Source of the DNA: a virus
Taxonomy: Duplodnaviria > Heunggongvirae > Uroviricota > Caudoviricetes
DNA: 64,000 nt
Direction: 5' to 3' (one strand)
IMG/VR virus record: IMGVR_UViG_3300032050_000069
Numbering within the stretch: position 1 is the stretch's first letter; every line of letters begins with the position of its first letter. The position numbers were made by a program, and so were the translations under genes. This document shows, piece after piece, positions 9,728 through 18,709 of the stretch. A model generated the notes under the pieces. It was not told where the DNA came from, did not search any database, and saw nothing but the letters and a program-made list of their open reading frames with translations.

Positions 9728-10617
9728 TGAGAAAACTAATAATCATATTATCCTTACTTTGTATAACTTTTGTTTCAACCGCACAAATCCAAAAACCGGA
9801 TACATTACAATTATCTCCAAAAGAATTGTTTGGTGAAAGCGATGATTGGAACGATGTGGGTATATTACAATCTTATATTGATTTTTCAAAAGATGTTCTT
9901 TCATCATCAAACCTTTCAGTTGGTATAATTGGAAAGCAGGTATCCACAACTCTTAATTTAGGATATAGTAAATCATCTCTGAATGGTAAGTGGATACATT
10001 CATTCTCAACATCAATAAATCCTATATGGAAATACTACGGTGTTGGTTATGGTTTTAGTAGAAATACCGATAAGAGAACAACTACATTACAAACATTCTA
10101 TTCAACCGATTTTGATTTCCAAAAAGATATTAACTTTTCGTTTATAGATGTATTCAGAACTAAAAAGTGGGGAACATTTGGATATAGCTTAATAGCATCA
10201 AAAACATATTGGGATTCATATCAAGGTGAATGGGAAGGAAAATATACAGTAAATGCAAATGGTGATTTTTTAGATTTGATTTATCCCCAAATGCCAGCAT
10301 CATCCGAAACAACATATAAAGGGATGTTAATGTACACATATACAATTAAAACAAAAAGAGTTAATATATCACCACAAATATTTGCTATGAGTGATGTGTA
10401 TGTAGACTTTAAAGATGGTGAAACTGATTTTGGATATAAAAACGATTTTAATTTAGACCTGTATTATGGAACATCATTTGATTGGAAAATAACTAAAAGG
10501 TTTATATTAAACACCAATATAAGATATAATACAACTTGGGATAAATTAAGTGAATCAGTTGGGTTCAAAAAAAGTAACCCACTATTATTTATGATAGGAA
10601 CAAACTTTCAATTTTAG
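9727..10617 (+). CDS. secreted protein, possible outer-membrane beta-barrel
   Basis: Signal peptide MRKLIIILSLLCITFVSTAQ. Alternating hydrophobic pattern. C-terminal ...MIGTNFQF aromatic end as in OM beta-barrels. Confidence 0.3.
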   Translation: MRKLIIILSLLCITFVSTAQIQKPDTLQLSPKELFGESDDWNDVGILQSYIDFSKDVLSSSNLSVGIIGKQVSTTLNLGYSKSSLNGKWIHSFSTSINPIWKYYGVGYGFSRNTDKRTTTLQTFYSTDFDFQKDINFSFIDVFRTKKWGTFGYSLIASKTYWDSYQGEWEGKYTVNANGDFLDLIYPQMPASSETTYKGMLMYTYTIKTKRVNISPQIFAMSDVYVDFKDGETDFGYKNDFNLDLYYGTSFDWKITKRFILNTNIRYNTTWDKLSESVGFKKSNPLLFMIGTNFQF

Positions 10618-10620
10618 GAT

Positions 10621-10977
10621 ATGAAATGGAGTAAAATTATAATAATGTGTTGTATGGTTTTTATGATTTCTTGTTATAAAGAAGAAATAGAGCCAACTCC
10701 TCAGCCAAAACCTTTGGTAGATATTTTTACATATACTGAAACATCAGTAAATGATGGACAAGAAATTATGTTTAGATTAAATTCAGATAGTTTGTATATA
10801 ATAAAATTAATTGATAAACCAACGAATCAGGTGGTAAGTAAAGAAAAGATTTTTGGTAAAATTGGTGATAATAAAATAAAGATTTACACTAAAACCCTAC
10901 AAAGTAAATATTTATATTTGGTTTTGGAAAATGTTAATAGAAAAGAATTAAAAAAAACAACATTAATACTTAAATAA
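10621..10977 (+). CDS. small lipoprotein with T9SS-CTD-like C-terminal segment
   Basis: Lipobox-like ...MISCYKEE. C-terminal IIKLIDKPTNQVVSKEKIFGKIGDNKIKIYTKTLQSKYLYLVLEN resembles the Por secretion sorting domain pattern. Confidence 0.35.
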   Translation: MKWSKIIIMCCMVFMISCYKEEIEPTPQPKPLVDIFTYTETSVNDGQEIMFRLNSDSLYIIKLIDKPTNQVVSKEKIFGKIGDNKIKIYTKTLQSKYLYLVLENVNRKELKKTTLILK

Positions 10978-10978
10978 A

Positions 10979-11347
10979 ATGAAAAAACTATTTTTAATAG
11001 CAATTGTAACAATAACCTTAACCGGTTGTTTTAAAGAAGATTTGGTTAATCCAATCGTAAATGTTACACCAGATTTAAAAATAGAATCTACTGCTGGTAT
11101 CAAATTAGCATCATCCTTTGTAACCGATGAGGTAAGTATGAATGTAAAATTAGAATCAGCGGGGACTATTAATGTAAAGATTTTAGATATATCTAATAGA
11201 GTAGTATCAAAAGAAACTATGAATGTTAGTGCAGGTGATAATATATTAAAAGTATATACGAGAGCTTTACCATCATCAGCATATAGAATTGCATTATATA
11301 ATAGTAATAATGTATTAATTGGTATAACAGATTTTAACAAACTATAA
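10979..11347 (+). CDS. small lipoprotein with T9SS-CTD-like C-terminal segment (paralog of previous)
   Basis: LTGCFKED lipobox. C-terminal NVKILDISNRVVSKETMNVSAGDNILKVY...YRIALYN matches the T9SS CTD pattern. Confidence 0.35.
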   Translation: MKKLFLIAIVTITLTGCFKEDLVNPIVNVTPDLKIESTAGIKLASSFVTDEVSMNVKLESAGTINVKILDISNRVVSKETMNVSAGDNILKVYTRALPSSAYRIALYNSNNVLIGITDFNKL

Positions 11348-11358
11348 ATTACAATAAA

Positions 11359-11682
11359 ATGTCAGAAGAATTAGAACAAAACAATGATGGAACATGGTCG
11401 GGATTAAAAAAGACCATTATAGGGGTTGCAACGACCGCAGTTATGGGTTTAGGAACTTGGGGAGTAACTCAACTAACAGGTGGGGATAAAGAAGAAGCAC
11501 CTGTGCAACAAGCAGCTCCAGTAATTAACATTACAAACTCAAACCAACAATCTCAGGCAGCAGGTGGTACAACTAAAATTATCGAAAGAGAAAGAGTAGT
11601 AGAAAAGCCAGCAGCTGAAAAAGCTAAACCTGCTAAGAAGAAAGAAGGTGATGAATTTAAAGAAGAAGCTCCTAAATGGTAA
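11359..11682 (+). CDS. hypothetical protein with TM segment and K/E-rich tail
   Basis: 107-aa ORF, one hydrophobic segment (IIGVATTAVMGLGTWGV). Confidence 0.3.
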   Translation: MSEELEQNNDGTWSGLKKTIIGVATTAVMGLGTWGVTQLTGGDKEEAPVQQAAPVINITNSNQQSQAAGGTTKIIERERVVEKPAAEKAKPAKKKEGDEFKEEAPKW

Positions 11683-11688
11683 TAAACT

Positions 11689-12339
11689 ATGAATAATCAA
11701 CAACCGACTGGATTTAAAGATTTATTAAATGCAATGATGAAACGCAGATGGTTCATTACTGCAATTGTTTTGGGTGGCTTTATGGTCATTATTATAGGTA
11801 TTTTTGCATCTATTGTGGGGCAAACTGCAATTAGTGGAGAGTGGAAAGAACTTCTTCTATTATTATTGGGTGCTTTCATTGGTTCTTATGGTAAAATCAT
11901 TGACTATTGGTTTAGTGATACCGATAAGGATAAGATGTTAGTTCAGAAAATGGATGAGGAAGATGGTGTAGCATTAGGTAGTGTTAATGATATAAAAGAA
12001 AGTAACAAACCCGTAACACCACTTATTCCAGATGCATTTGTGCAGGCTGCGAATAATGCACATGAAATCAACCTAATTGAAGCTAATAAAGAAGAATCAG
12101 TAGTATCCCTACCAAAAACTGAAGAAAAACAAACTCCTCAACCTAGAACAGGTATTGAAGTTGATGAAGATGGCGATGGTTCAATGGATGGTATTGATTT
12201 TGATGGCGATGGTAAGATTGATGTATATTTCGCACATAGACAGTGTGAACACATTTGGGGAGATTCCGATAACGATGGTGATTTGGAATGTTTAAAATGT
12301 GGAAAAATAAAAGATGATGATGCTGAAATAGCAGGTTAA
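11689..12339 (+). CDS. membrane protein with Asp-rich Ca-binding-like repeats and C-terminal Cys pair
   Basis: TM segment WFITAIVLGGFMVIIIGIFASIV. DEDGDGSMDGIDFDGDGKIDVYF, then CEH...CLKCG. Confidence 0.3.
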   Translation: MNNQQPTGFKDLLNAMMKRRWFITAIVLGGFMVIIIGIFASIVGQTAISGEWKELLLLLLGAFIGSYGKIIDYWFSDTDKDKMLVQKMDEEDGVALGSVNDIKESNKPVTPLIPDAFVQAANNAHEINLIEANKEESVVSLPKTEEKQTPQPRTGIEVDEDGDGSMDGIDFDGDGKIDVYFAHRQCEHIWGDSDNDGDLECLKCGKIKDDDAEIAG

Positions 12340-12355
12340 TAAAAAAGGTTACTGA

Positions 12356-12664
12356 TTGTTACGATTAATAATTAAATTAAAAAATATGAGTTTTATAAAA
12401 GAATTATTTAAAGATAACAACGATATAAATGAAAAATCAGTCGTAGGTTTTCTTTCTTTTGCAATGATGGTTATTGCATTGTTTGTAGATCTTATAACCG
12501 GTTGGATGGGTAAAGAATTGTTGATTAACGAATACATTTTTAATGGATTTTTAGTAATCACATTAGGTTCATTCGGTATTGCTTCAGTTGATAAGTATAT
12601 CAATAGAAAATCCGAACATGATAAAGCTAAATTAGAAGCGGAACAAGAAGAAGAATTAGGATAA
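12356..12664 (+). CDS. holin candidate
   Basis: 102 aa, two predicted TM helices (VVGFLSFAMMVIALFVDLI and FLVITLGSFGIASV), charged C-terminus, immediately upstream of the endolysin. Confidence 0.4.
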   Translation: MLRLIIKLKNMSFIKELFKDNNDINEKSVVGFLSFAMMVIALFVDLITGWMGKELLINEYIFNGFLVITLGSFGIASVDKYINRKSEHDKAKLEAEQEEELG

Positions 12665-12681
12665 TTTAAACAATAAAAAAT

Positions 12682-13512
12682 ATGTTATTAAAAAGAGGAG
12701 ATAACAACGAAAGTGTAAAACAATTGCAAACCAAATTAGGTTTAGAACCTATTGGTAATTTTGGGCCTAAAACTGAAGAAGCAGTAAAAGCATTTCAATT
12801 AAAAAATGGTTTGACAGCAGACGGTATTGTAGGTGATGGAACTTGGGCAAAAATAATGGGAGGTTCAGCACCTGCACCACAACCAGCTGCTCCGATAGTT
12901 CCTGTTGGTGGATTAAAATTGGATAAATTAAAAGGTAATATTCCTGATGCGGTAATTGCGATGATTCCCGATACGGCAGCTAAATTCCAAATTAATACTC
13001 CATTAAGATTGGCACACTTCTTAGCACAATGTGGGCATGAAAGTGGTGGATTTAGAGCAACACAGGAAAACTTAAACTATTCAGCTAAAGGATTGGCTGG
13101 TATATTTAGAAAGTATTTTCCAACTGAAGCTGCAGCAGCATCTTATGCTAGAAACCCACAAAAGATTGCCAACAAAGTATATGGTAATAGAATGGGTAAC
13201 GGACCTGAATCAAGTGGTGATGGCTACAAATTTAGAGGTAGAGGATATATCCAATTGACAGGTAAAGAAAACTATACTGCATTTGGTAAAGCAATTGGTG
13301 AAGATATATTAGCAAATCCTGATGTAGTGGCATCTAAATACGCATTATTATCAGCAGCTTGGTTCTTCTCTAAAAACGGATTACATAAGATGGCAGATGG
13401 TGGAGCAACTGATGCGGTAGTAACATCAATTACTAAAAGAGTAAATGGAGGAACGATTGGATTGGCAGATAGAATAAAACATTTTAAAGAATATTATCAT
13501 CTATTAGCATAA
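12682..13512 (+). CDS. endolysin: N-terminal peptidoglycan-binding domain plus GH19 (chitinase/lysozyme-like) catalytic domain
   Basis: LQTKLGLEPIGNFGPKTEEAVKAFQLKNGLTADGIVGDGTW is a PG_binding_1 repeat. AHFLAQCGHESGGF and GRGYIQLTG are GH19 signatures. Confidence 0.7.
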   Translation: MLLKRGDNNESVKQLQTKLGLEPIGNFGPKTEEAVKAFQLKNGLTADGIVGDGTWAKIMGGSAPAPQPAAPIVPVGGLKLDKLKGNIPDAVIAMIPDTAAKFQINTPLRLAHFLAQCGHESGGFRATQENLNYSAKGLAGIFRKYFPTEAAAASYARNPQKIANKVYGNRMGNGPESSGDGYKFRGRGYIQLTGKENYTAFGKAIGEDILANPDVVASKYALLSAAWFFSKNGLHKMADGGATDAVVTSITKRVNGGTIGLADRIKHFKEYYHLLA

Positions 13513-13516
13513 GTAA

Positions 13517-13545
13517 AAAGGAGAAGTTTTTCTCCTTTTTTTTAT
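13517..13545 (+). terminator. rho-independent terminator after endolysin gene
   Basis: aaaggagaa-gtt-ttctccttt hairpin followed by a T-run. Confidence 0.6.
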
Positions 13546-13575
13546 ACTTATACATAACTAAACATTCAACTATGT

Positions 13576-14298
13576 ATGAAAAAATTATTCGTATTATTAA
13601 GTTTCTTTTTGTTAAGCAGTGTTGCGGTTGTTGCTCAAACAATAGGAAGCACTAAAACAGAACAATATAAAGCATCCTTTGAAACCGCGATAGATATAGA
13701 AAGATTTTTAGATTATGATGGACCACAAATCCCAATTCAAATTCTAAAAGCCGGTATTAGTGATGAGATGTATGAGATGTATCCTGAATTAAAAGAAAAA
13801 AGGGTAGGTTTGGGTGTTGCTAACATTTCGATGGAATATTTGGAAAACCTTAATCGTTTCAAATTTACCGAAGATAAAACGGAAATTAAGAATAGAATGG
13901 TTAAGCAATTCCAAGCATCGCAAGCTGGCATTTCCGAAAACAAATTAGATGGTAGAGGAAAGATTAACTTAGCAAAATACTTTGTAACAATCGAATGTTA
14001 CGATTATTCGGTATCCGAAGATGAAACTGTAAACCTTAAAGATGGTGTTAAAAACCTTATGGTAACTCGTATCGGTTTGCAAGTTAGATTTACCGATGCA
14101 GAAACAGGTGTAGTATTTGGAGCAAGTGGTTTGGGAGAAGCAAAAACTACTAGAGAATTAACTCTTTTATCAGATGCAACTGTTGATGAAGTTAAATTCA
14201 ATCAATCAACTATATCTATTGCTACTAAAAAAGCATTGGATATTGCGTGTGCTAGAATTTTAGATAGAATGATTAAAAAAGGTATATTCACAAACTAA
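13576..14298 (+). CDS. secreted hypothetical protein (possible periplasmic/OM lysis accessory)
   Basis: Signal peptide MKKLFVLLSFFLLSSVAVVAQ. 240 aa. Position after the lysis genes. Confidence 0.3.
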   Translation: MKKLFVLLSFFLLSSVAVVAQTIGSTKTEQYKASFETAIDIERFLDYDGPQIPIQILKAGISDEMYEMYPELKEKRVGLGVANISMEYLENLNRFKFTEDKTEIKNRMVKQFQASQAGISENKLDGRGKINLAKYFVTIECYDYSVSEDETVNLKDGVKNLMVTRIGLQVRFTDAETGVVFGASGLGEAKTTRELTLLSDATVDEVKFNQSTISIATKKALDIACARILDRMIKKGIFTN

Positions 14299-14303
14299 TA
14301 AAA

Positions 14304-14636
14304 ATGATTAAGTTAAAAGATTTATTGAACGAAGCGAAAGTTAAAACTCCAACCGAAATCGTTACATCCGTTCCTGCGACGGCAATCCCTCAGACTAATA
14401 TAGCCAGAGCAGAGGTTATGTTAGGATTACACATGGGTGGTGTATTAGGTAGGGGAACACTAACTGTTAGAGATTATTCATTGGGCTATTCTGAAGGCAA
14501 GGTTGCGTTGAAACTAACCCGAAATGGAATAATGGCAGTACGGGTTAGAAGTGAAAAAGATCCTGATTATGTGAACCAAATTAAAAAGGTTGCCGATGCT
14601 TTCTTAATTGACTACGTCAAGCAAATAAAAAAGTGA
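14304..14636 (+). CDS. MIKLKDLL-family protein, paralog 1
   Basis: N-terminus MIKLKDLLNEA shared with the next three ORFs and the ORF at 34044. Confidence 0.4.
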   Translation: MIKLKDLLNEAKVKTPTEIVTSVPATAIPQTNIARAEVMLGLHMGGVLGRGTLTVRDYSLGYSEGKVALKLTRNGIMAVRVRSEKDPDYVNQIKKVADAFLIDYVKQIKK

Positions 14637-15034
14637 TTAGATTAAAAGATATATTAAGAGAATCAAAACTTTACTCATTTACCGGAGCTAGTGGCAAACA
14701 GGTTAAACATAAGCACATGTGCCATAAGGTTGCTCGACAAAAATACTTTCAATTAAAAAAGAAAGGAAAAAATATCAAATATATTGAAGGAGAAGTTTAT
14801 GTTCCTTTAGAAGATGGAAAATATAAATGGGTTGAGCATGCATGGAATTTAATTGATGGTAAGCCTGTTGATTTTGCATACGGTGAGAATAATTACAAAT
14901 ATAAAGGGCGTGTTATTAAAGATGACTATATGAATATGTTACCTAAGTGGATGCATACTTTTTTAGGGCCAGAAGATATATGCGATGTGAATATCAGAGT
15001 TGGTGATGAATATGGAAATAAAGCATACGAATAG
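14633..15034 (+). CDS. MIRLKDIL-family protein, paralog 2 (GTG start overlapping previous stop)
   Basis: GTGA overlap with the upstream stop. N-terminus (M)IRLKDILRES. Confidence 0.4.
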   Translation: MIRLKDILRESKLYSFTGASGKQVKHKHMCHKVARQKYFQLKKKGKNIKYIEGEVYVPLEDGKYKWVEHAWNLIDGKPVDFAYGENNYKYKGRVIKDDYMNMLPKWMHTFLGPEDICDVNIRVGDEYGNKAYE

Positions 15035-15035
15035 A

Positions 15036-15584
15036 ATGATACGATTAAAAGATATACTTTCAGAAGTAGATAAGCGATTTGAGATACCACAAAATAAGTG
15101 GACTCCAATAATGCGTTCAGAACTACCCCGTTTCAAAAGAATTATATTTGATTTGATTTCAACTGCGTATCAACCAATTGGAGGACACTCTAATGTGAAA
15201 GATAAAGAAGACCTACCGGATGAGGGTGATTTCTTTGATGTGATAGATGTAGATGGTGATGATGAGATAGATGCAGCTACAATAGCAAAATATAAACCAG
15301 CCGGTAAGAAGTTTGTTGCATTGGGACATGATGGTTCTTCGGCAGGTAAATCGGCAGCAGTAAATCATCAGGTAGATAAATTAAAGAGTGGTGGATACTA
15401 TGTAGAAGTATCCGGTAAAATGAGAGATATATTTATGGGTAAAGGATTGGTGCCTGTTACCGATGAAGATGTTGTTCGCAAGGCCTTAAAAGGAAAAGAA
15501 CTTAAATGGAACGGAGATGGTTCATACGATAGAAAAATCGGTGGAACTATACACACTAAAATGATGTTTGGAAAACCAAGATGA
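15036..15584 (+). CDS. MIRLKDIL-family protein, paralog 3
   Basis: ATG at 15036 directly after the upstream TAG. N-terminus MIRLKDILSEV. ORF-track start 15000 is an upstream in-frame extension. Confidence 0.4.
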   Translation: MIRLKDILSEVDKRFEIPQNKWTPIMRSELPRFKRIIFDLISTAYQPIGGHSNVKDKEDLPDEGDFFDVIDVDGDDEIDAATIAKYKPAGKKFVALGHDGSSAGKSAAVNHQVDKLKSGGYYVEVSGKMRDIFMGKGLVPVTDEDVVRKALKGKELKWNGDGSYDRKIGGTIHTKMMFGKPR

Positions 15585-16150
15585 TAAAATTAGGTAACAT
15601 ATTAAACGAAGGTGTACGAAATCCCGCTAATATAAAAGCGTATTATGAGGCATTGTGTAAAAACGAAAAAGTAACTCCTTTGCCTGTAAAGTTTGGAAAT
15701 GTTGGTAAGGGTGGAGCAGCATTAACGTTCAATCCCAAAACAATGAAACCCCTTTACATTTCATTTGATGTAAATAGAATGATGGATCCTGAGCAAGCGG
15801 TTATACATGAATTGACACATCAGATAAAATTAGAAACTGAAAAGGATGCTTATATTGGAAAGAGAGACCAAACTGCTAAATTTAAGAAATTAGAAAATCG
15901 TTTGTTTGAAAAATATGCATATTCGAAATTTTCTAGCATTCTTTGGAAAGAAAGTAAAGCAATAGATGAAAAGTTATCAGTAGCAGGTTCAGCAGCAAGA
16001 AATATAATTAATACTATATTACCTAAAACAACTTTCGCTAAGGGAGATGAGAAATCACAATCAGACCATCAGAAAATGATTAATGATTTGGTGAAAATTC
16101 TTAATAATTTTTATAAGAAATATAACATAGATAAAACAATAGATTTATAA
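15581..16150 (+). CDS. MIKLGNIL-family protein, paralog 4, with HExxH motif
   Basis: ATGA overlap. N-terminus MIKLGNILNEG. Internal VIHELTHQI (HExxH). Confidence 0.4.
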   Translation: MIKLGNILNEGVRNPANIKAYYEALCKNEKVTPLPVKFGNVGKGGAALTFNPKTMKPLYISFDVNRMMDPEQAVIHELTHQIKLETEKDAYIGKRDQTAKFKKLENRLFEKYAYSKFSSILWKESKAIDEKLSVAGSAARNIINTILPKTTFAKGDEKSQSDHQKMINDLVKILNNFYKKYNIDKTIDL

Positions 16151-16231
16151 TTTCTTAATAATTTGATAATATAAAATTAGGTATAAACACAAAATCGATT
16201 CATAATTATTGGGGAACTAACTTGATAATTT

Positions 16232-18709
16232 ATGAATCGTTTCTTTTTATTGTTGTTACTATTGCCAAATTTATTATTTTCGCAGGTAACAATCAAAGGT
16301 GTTACAAAATCCAAATCGGAAACACTTTATTTCTCCCACATTTCTTTTAAAAACCCAAATAGTGATGTTTTTACAACAATTTCAGACACCGAAGGAAAAT
16401 ACTCTATTGTATTAAAAGAAGGTAAGTATCAAATCAAATCTTCATTCGTTGGATATAAGGAATATACAAATGAGGTGGTGTTTGATAGAGATACTGAATT
16501 TGATATATTATTTCCAGATGATGCCAAACAATTATCCGAAGTTGTCGTAAGAAGTGTTTCTCAAAAGGTAACGGAAGCGGCAGTAGTAAGAACAATACGA
16601 AATAGTAATGTAGTATCGGATGGGTTATCAATTGATTTTATTAAAAAAACACCCGATAGAAATGTGGGCGATGCACTTAAAAGAGTAAGTGGGGTTACGA
16701 TACAAAACGATAAGTTTGTATTAGTAAGAGGATTAGCGGATAGATATAATTCAGCTCTACTTAACAAAACCCAACTACCATCAACCGAACCTGATAGAAG
16801 AGCATTTTCATTTGATATAATACCAACATCTCTAATAGATAACATCATAGTTTCTAAATCAGCATCAGCAAATCAACCAGGCGATTGGGCAGGTGGATTA
16901 GTCCAAATAACTACAAAAGAAGTATCTGATAACTTTTTTAATATATCTTTGGGAAGTGGTTGGGGTTCGGTTTCAACTTTGAGAGATTTCAAGTTAGTTC
17001 AACCTACCGATTTCCCCTCCACATTCCCTTCCACTTACAAATACCGAATAAGTAGTAATGGTGATAAAAGAGCTTACACTAAACTACTTACCAATCCCTC
17101 TACCGATGAATTACAATCTATTCCAAACTTAAATGGTGGATTATCATTTGGATATACAAAAGGTAAATGGAATTCATTATTTAGTTCCACAATACGAAAT
17201 GGATTTACAATAAATAATATTGATAGAAAAGATTATCAATCATCAAGTGAATTGGCGTATAATTACAAAGATGTTTTATTTACAAAAAGATTTTCCACAA
17301 ATGGTTTATTTAATTTCACTTATTTAGGTGAAAATCGATATAGTTGGAAAACATTAGTGAACTACCAAAAGGATGATACATACTTAACCCGTAATGGTGA
17401 TAACTTTGATAATGTTCAGAATGTTTTATCTACTGCATCAAATCACATTAATAATTTAGTAATTAGTTCTCAATTTGATGGTAAAATCGAAACATTAGAT
17501 TTCAATTTAGGATACACATACACTTTTAGAGAGCAACCTGATTATCGAATAAACCCAATTACAAAATCATTAGGAGTAAACGAACCATACCAAACTGCAT
17601 GGAGAGATACCTATCGTTTTTGGAGTGTGATGGATGAGAACTCTTTTAATGGTAATATAAACAAACAAATAGGAGATATAAAAATAGGTGGTGGCTATCT
17701 AAAAAGAATTAGAGGATTTAATGCTAGAATATTCCGTAATCTATCGACTGATATGTTAGATGAGATTACAAACAACACCGATAGATACACAGCCGATTTT
17801 GATTTGGGTTCTCTTTATACAATGTATGATACTGAATTTGGTAAATGGAAACTAAACACCGGATTAAGAGGTGAGTATAACCTATTCAATGTATCAACCG
17901 CAGATTTTAGTGGTCAAAAGGTAAATGTAGATAGAAAATATTTGGATATATTACCATCGCTAAATCTTTCATACAACGAAGAAAAAACAAAGTATAGATT
18001 TTCATTAAGTAAAACATTAGCAAGACCGGAGTTTAGAGAAGTAGCTAATTTTGCTTATTATGATTTCGTTAGAAACGCACAAATATTAGGAAACTCAAAG
18101 TTAGAAAAATCTGACATATATAATGTAGACCTTAAATACGAATGGTATCCAAAGGTGGGTGAGAACATTTCACTTTCTCTATTTGGTAAGAACTTTATCA
18201 AACCAATTGAACAAATCGTAGCAGATGGTTCAGTTCCATCAAACTTATTATTGACTTATACAAACCCTAATTCAGCTATCCTATATGGTGTTGAATTGGA
18301 AGTTCGTAAAAAAATAAACGATTGGTTTGATTTTTACACAAACGCTTCGGTAATGAATTCAGAAGTAGAAGTGAATGGTGTGAAAAGACAATTGCAGGGA
18401 CAATCAAACTATGTGTTAAATAGTGGAGTAAACATTCATAAAAAGAAAAATACTATTAACATAACTTACAATAGAGTTGGCGATAGAATTTCAGCAGTAG
18501 GGTTTCAGGGTTACCCAAACATCTTTGAAAATAGTAGAGATGTATTAGATTTAACCTTTTTACATAAACTTCCAAAAGGAGAAATAAAACTGGCAATAGG
18601 TGATGTATTTGCGCAACCATCGATTTATTACCAAAAGTTACAAAACCGAAATCTAATAAAAACAAACAACGAACAAACAATTTCTTTAACATTAAATTTG
18701 AATTTATGA
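16232..18709 (+). CDS. TonB-dependent receptor-like outer-membrane protein (SusC/RagA-like) with N-terminal carboxypeptidase-regulatory-like domain
   Basis: Signal peptide. ...GVTKSKSETLYFSHISF...TDTEGKYSI matches CarbopepD_reg-like. ...DRNVGDALKRVSGVTIQ...VRGLADRYNSALLNKTQLP is the TonB plug signature. 825 aa. Confidence 0.55.
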   Translation: MNRFFLLLLLLPNLLFSQVTIKGVTKSKSETLYFSHISFKNPNSDVFTTISDTEGKYSIVLKEGKYQIKSSFVGYKEYTNEVVFDRDTEFDILFPDDAKQLSEVVVRSVSQKVTEAAVVRTIRNSNVVSDGLSIDFIKKTPDRNVGDALKRVSGVTIQNDKFVLVRGLADRYNSALLNKTQLPSTEPDRRAFSFDIIPTSLIDNIIVSKSASANQPGDWAGGLVQITTKEVSDNFFNISLGSGWGSVSTLRDFKLVQPTDFPSTFPSTYKYRISSNGDKRAYTKLLTNPSTDELQSIPNLNGGLSFGYTKGKWNSLFSSTIRNGFTINNIDRKDYQSSSELAYNYKDVLFTKRFSTNGLFNFTYLGENRYSWKTLVNYQKDDTYLTRNGDNFDNVQNVLSTASNHINNLVISSQFDGKIETLDFNLGYTYTFREQPDYRINPITKSLGVNEPYQTAWRDTYRFWSVMDENSFNGNINKQIGDIKIGGGYLKRIRGFNARIFRNLSTDMLDEITNNTDRYTADFDLGSLYTMYDTEFGKWKLNTGLRGEYNLFNVSTADFSGQKVNVDRKYLDILPSLNLSYNEEKTKYRFSLSKTLARPEFREVANFAYYDFVRNAQILGNSKLEKSDIYNVDLKYEWYPKVGENISLSLFGKNFIKPIEQIVADGSVPSNLLLTYTNPNSAILYGVELEVRKKINDWFDFYTNASVMNSEVEVNGVKRQLQGQSNYVLNSGVNIHKKKNTINITYNRVGDRISAVGFQGYPNIFENSRDVLDLTFLHKLPKGEIKLAIGDVFAQPSIYYQKLQNRNLIKTNNEQTISLTLNLNL

